27,800 nucleotides of DNA, from assembly GCA_041677685.1 (NCBI GenBank), contig JBAYPN010000010.1, positions 1 through 27,800 of the forward strand, read 5' to 3'. The DNA is from an archaeon. Its GTDB lineage: Archaea; Iainarchaeota; Iainarchaeia; Iainarchaeales; CSSED10-239. The position numbers and the translations under genes are program-made. Positions 14,738 to 23,600 of this stretch are shown here, in pieces (within the stretch, counting starts at the first letter, position 1; each line of letters opens with the position of its first letter). The notes beneath the pieces are model-generated. The model saw only the letters and a program-made list of their open reading frames with translations. It did not search any database and was not told where the DNA came from.

Positions 14738-16573
14738 TTAAAATTCTAAATGACCAGTAAACTCATTTTCTAAAATCTTCTTAAATTTTGGAATTTTTAT
14801 TTTCTTTTTAAAGTTAGGTGCATTTAAAACAATTGTCTCATATTCTCCACCTTCCCCAGCAACATTAAATCCATATTTCTTATTTAATTTTTTAAGTTCT
14901 TCTAAGTCTTTTAAATTTAAAATCTTGCCTAACCATTTTATAGTTAACCCAAGTCCTGCAATTTTAACTATCATTATTTCAAAGTTGTTGTCTAATAATT
15001 CTTTAAGTTCCTCTCTTTGGTCTTTGTGCCACAAAGGAGTAAACATCTTTAAGTTAAGTTCATCACAGATTCTTTGTATTCTTTCTTTTTGATAATTACT
15101 ATAAAGTGCTCCTGAGACAACTCCTTTAATATCATATTTTTCTTTAGCTTCAACTATTGCTGCTTTTAAGACTAGGAGTTCTTTTTCCTTTTCTCCTTTT
15201 GTGTGTTTGGTAATTAATGGAATGTCTAGAGCCTTTGCTTGCTTTTTTATAATTTCTAGTTCTGGTTTTTGATACATGTAAGAGTCTTTATTTTCAGGAA
15301 TTACAGAAATTAAACAAGAAACTTCATAACCTTGTTTTTGCATAAGCCATAAAGATAGATTTGAATCTTTACCTCCTGAATATAGGCTTACAAGTTTTAT
15401 TTTTTTTCTTTTTTCTTTTAAAAAACTATTTAGGTATTCAGACTTATTTGTAAATTTATTTTTCTTTGTTAATTTTTCAAGAACCTTATCAAACCCAGAA
15501 CCATACTGTGCAGCAACTTTTTTTCTTAAATAATATTTTTCAGGTAACCTATAAGTTTTCCCTAAGTTTCTTAAGATCACTTTGTTGGTCAACTTATTTA
15601 TTTTGTCTTCATCTTCCAAAGATAAAGCAAAAGTTATCATGTCTTTATCTAAATATGGAAATTTAATTTGTATATCAAGATTTTTTGTTATTAGTGTATC
15701 TCTTAAAAGATCACTTCTATACATCTTATGTAAAAGGTCAATTGTGTCTTTAGAAATGTTTTTTGATTCTCTAAATTTAAAATACCCAGCAAACAACTCA
15801 TCTGCTCCAAGTCCTGAGAAAAGGATTTCAATTCCATCTTTTCTAGCAAGTCTACTTGCAAAATAGATAGGTAAACCAACCCCAACAGCAATTGGATTTG
15901 CACTATCTATTATTTTCACAATTTTTGGAATTTCTTTTTCTACATCCTTCTTATCTACACAAGCAATTTTTAATTTAAATTTATATAACTTTGAAAGTTC
16001 TTTTACAAAAACCAAATCTTTATCCTTTCCATATTCTTTTGAGTGTGCAAAATATGCTGCAAATGGAATTTTTAATTTAAGTAGTATCATAATAATTAAT
16101 AAAGAATCAATTCCTCCACTAAACAAAACTCCAACACTTCCTTTTTTAGAAATTCTTTTAACAACTGCTTTTTCTAAAGTTTCTTTTATTGTTGATAGTT
16201 TTTTTTCTTCTGTTCTTTTTATTTTTTGTATTTTAAAAAATTCTCTTTTTTCAAATATAGTTTCTTTAGAATTAATATCGTATATTAAAATTGTTCTTGG
16301 ATCTAAAAGTTTAATGTTATTTACTTTAATTTTTCTTAAAATTCTTTTTCTTGATGCAAAATATAGGCTTTTATGAGAAGATAAAGATTTAAAGATAGAG
16401 GAAGGAAGGGAAAGGGAGGAGGAGGAAGGGGGTAAAGACTCACAACCACGATCAAAAGTATAAAGCCATGCGTAAACTACGTTACTAGTCCACTCATAAC
16501 CTACATTTTCAAACCCAACAACCCATTTTAGAGGTGCCCACGATGCATTAACAAACCCAATTAATTTAAACAT
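14738..16573 (-). CDS. Fusion protein: AsnB-like synthetase domain (vestigial glutaminase) plus diphthine-ammonia ligase (Dph6/MJ0570-like) domain
   Basis: The N-terminal half has VGVLFSGGIDS (PP-loop), FSGLGADELFAGY, FPYLDKD and KVILRN..LP..RKKVAAQYGSG, which is the AsnB C-terminal domain. The C-terminal half has SLYSGGKDSNL, DSYMYQ, SGALYSNYQKERI, TPLW and GEGGEYETIVL, which is the MJ0570/Dph6 family. I place the start at MFKLIGFVN (16573). The track ORF extends to 16630. Confidence 0.8.
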   Translation of the reverse strand: MFKLIGFVNASWAPLKWVVGFENVGYEWTSNVVYAWLYTFDRGCESLPPSSSSLSLPSSIFKSLSSHKSLYFASRKRILRKIKVNNIKLLDPRTILIYDINSKETIFEKREFFKIQKIKRTEEKKLSTIKETLEKAVVKRISKKGSVGVLFSGGIDSLLIIMILLKLKIPFAAYFAHSKEYGKDKDLVFVKELSKLYKFKLKIACVDKKDVEKEIPKIVKIIDSANPIAVGVGLPIYFASRLARKDGIEILFSGLGADELFAGYFKFRESKNISKDTIDLLHKMYRSDLLRDTLITKNLDIQIKFPYLDKDMITFALSLEDEDKINKLTNKVILRNLGKTYRLPEKYYLRKKVAAQYGSGFDKVLEKLTKKNKFTNKSEYLNSFLKEKRKKIKLVSLYSGGKDSNLSLWLMQKQGYEVSCLISVIPENKDSYMYQKPELEIIKKQAKALDIPLITKHTKGEKEKELLVLKAAIVEAKEKYDIKGVVSGALYSNYQKERIQRICDELNLKMFTPLWHKDQREELKELLDNNFEIMIVKIAGLGLTIKWLGKILNLKDLEELKKLNKKYGFNVAGEGGEYETIVLNAPNFKKKIKIPKFKKILENEFTGHLEF

Positions 16574-16734
16574 ATTTACATTAATCAACAAACTATATAA
16601 AAAATTGTTGTTTATGTTTACAAATGTCAATCTATTTATAAATATATTTTAATATATTATATATAGCGCTTACCTTTAAGTTAAATTTAAAAACTTTAAA
16701 ATTTAAAAACTTTTTAAAAAAATAGTGATTATTA

Positions 16735-18507
16735 ATGTCAGAAGAAGATACTTTAAAAAAAACACAAAATACAGATGGAATAGATGCTAATGTTTTATTT
16801 ACTGAATTTAAAGAACACTCAGTTGCTGATTTCTTTAAAAAAAACAGACAGATGTTAGGTCTGTATGGTAAACAAAGAACATTAACAACAATAATTCATG
16901 AACTTGTTACAAATTCCTTAGATGCTTGTGAAGAAGCAGGAATCCTACCAGAAATTGAAGTTAAGATTTCACAGATTGGTGAAGAATACTATGAGATCTC
17001 AAGCCGTGATAATGGTCCAGGTATTCCTGAAGAAAAAATAGGAAAGGCTCTTGGGAAATTATTAGCTGGAACAAAATTCCACAGATTAGTTCAGACAAGA
17101 GGACAACAAGGAATTGGAGTTTCAGGAATTATTTTATTTTCACAAATTACAACTGGAAAACCCACAAAAGTTATTAGTGGAACAACAAAAGGAAAAACTG
17201 TATCTTTAGAAATTTCTATTGATTCTAAAACAAATAGCCCAAAGATAACAGACAAATCATATTTAGAAAAAAAATATAGAGGTCTTGCAATTAAAGCAAA
17301 ATTCAAAGACATTCAATATAAGAAAGGACAAGGCTCTGTTGATGAATATCTAAGAAGAACAGCAATTTCAAATCCACATGCAACAATTATCTTTGAAGAT
17401 CCTTTCCAAGAAGTTACAAAATATGAAAGAACAGTAAAGACTTTGCCTGCAATTCCAAAGCAAGTAAAGCCACACCCAAGAGGAGTAACTGTTGATGAAG
17501 TTTTAAGTCTTGCAAGATACTCAACAGCAAGAAAAGTCTCCTCTTATCTGACTTTAACCTTTGACAGGTTTGGACAAACTGCTATTGACAACGTTTCAAA
17601 ATTAGTTCATTTTGATCTAAACAAAGATCCAAGAAAATTAACTTGGGAAGAAGCAGAAGAAATAGTTTTTGCTATTAAAAAAACAAAATTTATTGCACCA
17701 AACACAGACAACCTAGTTCCAATTGGAGAAAAGTTTGTGGAAAAATCTTTAAAATCAATTATTGATCCTGAATTTTGTTTTGTGTACACAAGAAAGCCTT
17801 CTGTTTACCAAGGTGGATACTCTTTCCAAATTGAAGTTGGTTTAGCTTATGGTGGTAATGCCGGAAGACTAGTAAGTATAGAGAGTGCAAAGGTTAGTAA
17901 AAAGAAGAAACAAGAACTTGAAAACAGTGAGTTAGAAACTCCAAAAGAAGTAAGAGTTTCAGAGATTATAAGATATGCAAATAAAGCTCCGTTGTTGTTT
18001 GATGCTGGTGGATGTGTGATCACAAAGACAGTGTCTTCTGTTGATTGGAAAAGATATGGAATTTCTAATTTTGATAATTCTCCAGTTACAGTTTTTGTAA
18101 ACCTAGTCTCTGTACATATACCTTACACCTCTGCAGGAAAGTCTGCAATTGCTGATGAAGAAGAAATTGTTACTGACATGAAATTAGCGTTGATGGATGT
18201 TGCAAGAAGACTTGGTAGATACATAATTGATAAGAAAAAAGAAGAACTTAAAAAAGAAAAAAGAAAAGTCTTTTCTAAATATGCACCAGAAGTTGTAAGT
18301 GCTTTAGTAAATGCAACTGGGGCTGATGGTAACTTATTACAAAGAAATTTAGATAGAATGGTTCTTGAAAAGTTAAAGATGGATGATGAACTTGATCATA
18401 TTGCTTCTGACAACAATCATTCTAAAGAAGAGACTTTAGATGAAGAGGATGATGTTGAAAAACACAAAAAAAATAGTAAGAAAAATAAAGCTGATGAAGA
18501 AGATTAA
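16735..18507 (+). CDS. top6B: DNA topoisomerase VI subunit B
   Basis: It has the Bergerat/GHKL ATPase motifs ELVTNSLDA, DNGPGI and GQQGIGVSG, plus a transducer domain and an acidic/basic tail. It is followed by top6A. Confidence 0.92.
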   Translation: MSEEDTLKKTQNTDGIDANVLFTEFKEHSVADFFKKNRQMLGLYGKQRTLTTIIHELVTNSLDACEEAGILPEIEVKISQIGEEYYEISSRDNGPGIPEEKIGKALGKLLAGTKFHRLVQTRGQQGIGVSGIILFSQITTGKPTKVISGTTKGKTVSLEISIDSKTNSPKITDKSYLEKKYRGLAIKAKFKDIQYKKGQGSVDEYLRRTAISNPHATIIFEDPFQEVTKYERTVKTLPAIPKQVKPHPRGVTVDEVLSLARYSTARKVSSYLTLTFDRFGQTAIDNVSKLVHFDLNKDPRKLTWEEAEEIVFAIKKTKFIAPNTDNLVPIGEKFVEKSLKSIIDPEFCFVYTRKPSVYQGGYSFQIEVGLAYGGNAGRLVSIESAKVSKKKKQELENSELETPKEVRVSEIIRYANKAPLLFDAGGCVITKTVSSVDWKRYGISNFDNSPVTVFVNLVSVHIPYTSAGKSAIADEEEIVTDMKLALMDVARRLGRYIIDKKKEELKKEKRKVFSKYAPEVVSALVNATGADGNLLQRNLDRMVLEKLKMDDELDHIASDNNHSKEETLDEEDDVEKHKKNSKKNKADEED

Positions 18508-18587
18508 ATTAATCTAAAATTATAAATTAAATTTTAAACATTTTAGAAAATAAATTTAGACAATATAAAAAAATTAAATTAAAAAAA

Positions 18588-19742
18588 GTGAAAATAGTTA
18601 TGGTTGAAAAAAAAGTTAAAAAACAAAAATTAGAAGATCACGAAGTGGAAGGTAATAAAGATATTGCTAAAAGAGTCTATGAAAAATTAGATAATATTGT
18701 TACCCAAATTAAAAATAATCACAACCCTACTTTTACAACAAAAGTAAGAGGTCTTTCAAATGTTTATTATGATGAAAAAAAACAATTTATTCAACTAGGG
18801 GATAAACAAGTAACAAGACCTTTTTTAAATCTTGGAGCTGCAAGAAAGTTTATGCAGACAATGATTGTTGCTGACAAATGTCATGAATATTTATTACATG
18901 ACAAAACCGCATCAATAAGAGAAATCTATTATGAATTAAAACACACAGTTAAAGGTACAAAAGAAAATACTTTTGATGGACAAGAAGAATCAAATGATGT
19001 TATTGTTGATTTAGAACATTCAGTAAACACCATAAGAGAGAAGTTAGGTTTACAAGCAGACCCCAAAGGATCCTTATATGGGGACATAACATTGATTGAC
19101 AGAAAACACGAAAATGATGAGTTTAATGCCTCTAAGCTAGGAAGAGGTGGATGGTCAATAATGTCAAGAATTGAACCTGAAGAAATTGAAATTAAAGATG
19201 TTAATGCTGATTACCTTTTAGTTGTAGAGACAGCTGCGATGTATGGTAGGTTAATTGAGGAAAAATTTCCTAAACAAAACAAATGTATTTTGATTGGAAC
19301 TTCTGGGCAAGCAGCAAGAGGTTCAAGAAGACTAATCCATAGGCTAAATAAAGAATTTAATTTACCTGTTGTTGTCTTTACTGATGGGGATCCTTATGGT
19401 TGGTATATCTATTCAGTTATCAAAAGTGGATCAATGGCTCTTGCAGCACACTCAAAGTTTTTAGCAGTCCCTGATGCTAAGTTTGTTGGTATGACTTTAA
19501 CAGATGTTGAACACTATGGTTTAGAGAATGTGACTGAGAAAATGAAAGATGGGGATGTTAAAAGAGCAAAAGAACTAATGAACTACGATTGGTTTAAGTC
19601 TGCTGGTTGGCAAAAAGAAATAAAGTTAGCAATTGAGAAAAAGATAAGAATTGAGCAACAGGCTTTAGCAAACAAGTCCTTAGACTTTGTAGCAAAAGAA
19701 TATCTTCCTAAAAAGATTGAAAATAATATTTTTGTGGAATAG
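18588..19742 (+). CDS. top6A: DNA topoisomerase VI subunit A (Spo11 family)
   Basis: It has SIREIYYELK (catalytic Tyr region), the Toprim motifs LVVETAAMY and VFTDGDPYGWYI, and RIEQQAL. The start is either GTG 18588 or ATG 18600. Confidence 0.92.
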   Translation: MKIVMVEKKVKKQKLEDHEVEGNKDIAKRVYEKLDNIVTQIKNNHNPTFTTKVRGLSNVYYDEKKQFIQLGDKQVTRPFLNLGAARKFMQTMIVADKCHEYLLHDKTASIREIYYELKHTVKGTKENTFDGQEESNDVIVDLEHSVNTIREKLGLQADPKGSLYGDITLIDRKHENDEFNASKLGRGGWSIMSRIEPEEIEIKDVNADYLLVVETAAMYGRLIEEKFPKQNKCILIGTSGQAARGSRRLIHRLNKEFNLPVVVFTDGDPYGWYIYSVIKSGSMALAAHSKFLAVPDAKFVGMTLTDVEHYGLENVTEKMKDGDVKRAKELMNYDWFKSAGWQKEIKLAIEKKIRIEQQALANKSLDFVAKEYLPKKIENNIFVE

Positions 19743-19831
19743 TTTAAATTTTTATTTTTTTAAAATTGTTCAATATTTTTTAAATTTTATTTTGTTAATT
19801 TTTTGTTCAGTATCAATTTTAATTGATTTTT

Positions 19832-20614
19832 TTATTTCACAATCTTAAAATCTTTACTTTCAATTTCTTTTATAAAATCCTCTTCTGCATTCTTCATTTC
19901 TTGTTTCATATTTTTCATGTGTTTGTCTTTTAAAGAAAAGTCAGGATAAATAATTCTTTTAATATTTTTAAAATATCTTTGGGTTAATGGTTTTTTGTAA
20001 CCAAGATATAAAAAGAGATCCCAAATCATTATTTTTTTAGCTCTTTTCTGATTTTTATATTTTTTAAGTATTAGAAATTTAAGTGTGTTGTAAGTTATCT
20101 TAAATGAAAATCTCTTAATATGATTCAAGTTTAGTTGTAAAATATACTTTTTAGAAAGCAAGGGATGCTCTTTTCTAAAAACTTCTTTTAATAGCCTTTT
20201 TGGACACTTTATCATCGGCACATAGATTTTGTGTTCCATGTCTAGAAAGTGTTCCAAAATCAAATGATTAATATTACTTAGATTATGTGTTTTTCTAAAA
20301 TACCCATGTATCCTTAGATCTAAACAAAAATGGGAAAGAAACCCAAGAGCAAAGGAAAATTCTTCTTTTGTTTTTGAATATTTAACTAAATCTTTTGCAA
20401 ATTTAAAACCAATTTTATTATTATCATTATCCCCGTGCCAAAAGTCACTTAAGTTTTTTCCAATAAACTTTTTAGTTTTAAATGGCACAAAATAATAAAA
20501 GTCAGGATAGATTGCTCCAGATATTAAATAATCATAATTAATTTTATTCTTTAAAATTGAATTTTTAGAAACAATTTTTTTTGCAAAGTATATATGGGTA
20601 GATGGGTTTGGCAT
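19832..20614 (-). CDS. Zinc-dependent phospholipase C-like / metal-dependent hydrolase family protein
   Basis: It has N-terminal PSTHIYFA, then GAIYPDFYYF and LGFLSHFCLDLRIHGY, which match the His/Asp metal-ligand pattern of the Zn_dep_PLPC family. It starts 7 nt after the porB stop. Confidence 0.5.
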   Translation of the reverse strand: MPNPSTHIYFAKKIVSKNSILKNKINYDYLISGAIYPDFYYFVPFKTKKFIGKNLSDFWHGDNDNNKIGFKFAKDLVKYSKTKEEFSFALGFLSHFCLDLRIHGYFRKTHNLSNINHLILEHFLDMEHKIYVPMIKCPKRLLKEVFRKEHPLLSKKYILQLNLNHIKRFSFKITYNTLKFLILKKYKNQKRAKKIMIWDLFLYLGYKKPLTQRYFKNIKRIIYPDFSLKDKHMKNMKQEMKNAEEDFIKEIESKDFKIVK

Positions 20615-20621
20615 GATTGAT

Positions 20622-23600
20622 CTATTTTGTAAGTTTTTCTTTTTCTAATAATTTTCTAAATTCTTCATCAACATGTTCTTGTATTTTTTTAATCTCTTCT
20701 TTATTTTTTAAAACTTCTTTAAATTTTGTTTGAGTTTTTAAAAGTTCTTCAATTGGTGGCCTTTTATCTTGTTTGTAGTTGATTGTGTATTTCCCATCTT
20801 CAAACTCATAAAGTGGCCAAAAATTAGTTTGAGTTGCTAACTTTGAAATGTTGATTGTTTGGCTTGATGGTGCTTTCATGTTTGTAGGACAAGCAGCAAA
20901 GACTAAGATTAATGCAGGTCCTTTTTTATCAAATGCTTTTTTAACCTTATTATATAAGTCAACTTGGTTCCAAGGATTAGCTGTTGCTACATATGGGATG
21001 TTATGAGCAATTGAAATTGCTGCTAAGTCCTTTTGGAATTTTTCCTTCCCAACGCTTACCTTTCCTGAAGGTGTGGTTGTTGTTGAAGCTCCATAGGGTG
21101 TAGCTGAAGAACGTTGGTTACCAGTGTTGTGTACAACAATTCCATTAGCAATAAAGTTATGTTCTCCTTCTATTCTAAGATCTAAAGTTTGTTCAATACT
21201 TTTTGGAATTATGTTTTTTATTTTTTTAATTTCAAAGTATTTATTTTTTATTAAAAAATTTTGATATTTATATTGGGCACTGTATTTTTCTAAGTTCCAT
21301 TTATCTTTTTCTGAAAAACAAATTGAATAATATTCACAATCCTTTAATAATGGTCTATTTACTATTAATGTTCCTTTTTTCTTTTTTTGAGTTGTAATTT
21401 TTCCAACTCTATAATCCATGGTTTGTAATAACAATCTTAATCTTTCAATTAAATCTTTATTTACTGACACATATCTGTAACTTTCTTTTTTCTTTTCATA
21501 AATATGCCCATCAGACATTATTAATCCTTTTATAAATTCTTTTTTCTGATTAGATGGTAATGTGAAAACCCAGGATGGTATTGTTTTATTTTTTGCTCCT
21601 TGTTTAAATTCAAGTGAATTAATAAATTTACTAATATTTACTGAATTAAAGTAAATATAATATTTGTCTTTAGAGATATTACTTTGGTCAAATATTTTTT
21701 TGTGTATTTTGATTAACTTAGTTCTTTCTTTTGTGTTTTCTGGTAGTGCAAAACCAATTTCTCCTTTTTCTTCTCTAATCCAGCCATTTTCTAAGTATAA
21801 TCCTAGCCATAACATTAGTTCTTTACTAGACTCTGTTGGAATTTTAACTTTGTTTATATTATTTTTTTTATTTTTTCCTTTTTCAGCTAATTTTATTTTT
21901 TCAAATTTAAATGTTTTTCCTTTATCGTATAATCTTTTAATAGTTACAATTTCATCATTTTGTTTAAGTTCTGAAACTGTTTTCCATATTAGTTCACTTT
22001 CTTTTCCCCTTCCATTTCTTTTTAATGTTAAAAAAGGATGATTTGAAGTTGCTTTAATATTTTGATGAATAGTTTCTATTTCATATACTTTTTTTCTTCC
22101 ATTATCAAATACACCTGTGCATTTTTTAAGTACCGGGTGATAACTTTTTTGATCAAAGGCCCAAACTTTTTCTCCTTTTTTAATTTCAGTAATTTTTTTT
22201 AATCCAGTTTCAGTCATAATCAATGATTCTGTAGACAAACAATTCATATACCCTTCATTATCATAACAGATATAAACAAAATCATGTCCTCTTTCAAGAG
22301 CTCCTGAAAGTGACTGTAAACCTATGTCAAAACTATTCATGTTTGTACTAATTCTGCCATCTTTTTCAATAATCATTATATGATTTTTTTTTAATTCAGG
22401 ACAATATATTTCACCATCATAATCATAACTAGAAATTTGTTTTCTTCTTAAATTTGCAAGACTAGTAGGTTTGTAATTTGAAAGAGATATTGCATATTCA
22501 TAACGTCCTTTTCTTTTACTTGTATTTAAATGTGCCCTATATCCTAATTTTAAAGCAATTTCTATCACATCATCTTTTAATTTTGGGGATGTTGTACTAT
22601 AAGAATAAGCAATTGTTTTTTTTCTTTTTATAATAGTTCCATCTCCTACTATTAATGCATCTAATAATATTTTTAGATGTTTATTAGATAATTCTTTGAA
22701 TTCTTTAGGGATAAATTTATCTTTTGCTTTTCCAAATTGTGTTAAATAAGTCCATAATTGTTGATTATTTATAATGAATCTATCTTGGCTGTACCAGTTA
22801 TTTAAATTAGTATTATTTAAGCAGTTGTGCACTTTTTTAACATATTCTTTTTTTGTTTGAGATATATATACATTATATTTTTCTCTTTTTTCAGATTTTT
22901 TTGATAGATGTCCTTTTGATATCCAGTATCCAAAAAATTCTAACCAGTCTTCCATTTTAATTTTTTTAACAATTTTTTTATTTGCAGATAGTTTATTATA
23001 TTTTACAGATGGTAATTCAAAAAAAGTTTTATTTTTTCCTTTCCATATTAAGTCACCAGTAATAATGTTTACTTTATCACTCCTACCGTAATTTAAAAGT
23101 TCTTGTGCTTTAATCACTTCAATTTTATTATTTAATTTATTATATATAGGCACATTATGTTGTAGTGATACATCAAAGTGAACAAAGTTATGATTAACAC
23201 TAACTATTTTTTCTTTATAATTATATTTGTGCATTTTTATAATTGTTGATTTTTCCATTTGTTTATTTTTTGGATTTACTGACCAAATGACATCTTTTTT
23301 AGTAATTTTTTCTACGTTTTTAAATCCATCTTCTGTTAATATTTTTGTGCCTGGTATGTAACATCCACCATCCCCTGCAAATGCTAAGAATTTAATTTCT
23401 TTTTTTATTCTCCCCTTCCTTTTAAGCACATTATAAGCTGACTCCACTCCAGAAATTGTAGCTGCAACATTTGCAAAAACAGAATGAATCCAAGGAACAT
23501 TCCAAGAGGTATAAGGATAAATAGTTGTTGTAACTTCTGCACAGGATGTTGCACTAGCAACAACTACTGGGCTGTCTTGGGTTGCCAAAGCTGTTCTTAA

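Noticed and set aside
16440-16560. Possible tRNA or other structured RNA in the GC-richer island
   Set aside because: I could not fold either strand into a cloverleaf, and there is no GTTCRAATC-type T-loop. The region translates into a plausible Trp/Tyr/Gly-rich protein segment continuous with the AsnB-like domain.
16573-16630. First 19 codons of the track ORF for the fusion protein (MTFVNINNNFLYSLLINVN)
   Set aside because: The internal Met gives MFKLIGFVN, which aligns with the MCGIxG start of AsnB-type proteins, and the extra codons are Asn/Ile/Leu filler. This is only a preference, as either start is possible.
15466-17789. ORFs 15466-15666(+), 15582-15866(+), 15703-15903(-), 17091-17312(-) and 17607-17789(-)
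   Set aside because: They are embedded in, or out of frame with, the AsnB/Dph6 fusion gene and top6B, both of which have strong motif support.
19812-19834. Hairpin ATCAATT-tt-AATTGAT plus a T-run between top6A and the PLC-like gene, as an intrinsic terminator
   Set aside because: The loop is too small for a stable RNA hairpin. Archaeal termination needs only the oligo-T runs that already follow top6A at 19743-19770, and the T-run overlaps the stop codon of the convergent gene. It is most likely incidental.
21664-22041. 125-aa plus-strand ORF opposite intein 2 of porB
   Set aside because: It lies antisense to the LAGLIDADG domain of a continuous intein reading frame. Its low-complexity Phe/Ser/Leu-rich translation marks it as a shadow ORF, not a free-standing homing endonuclease gene.
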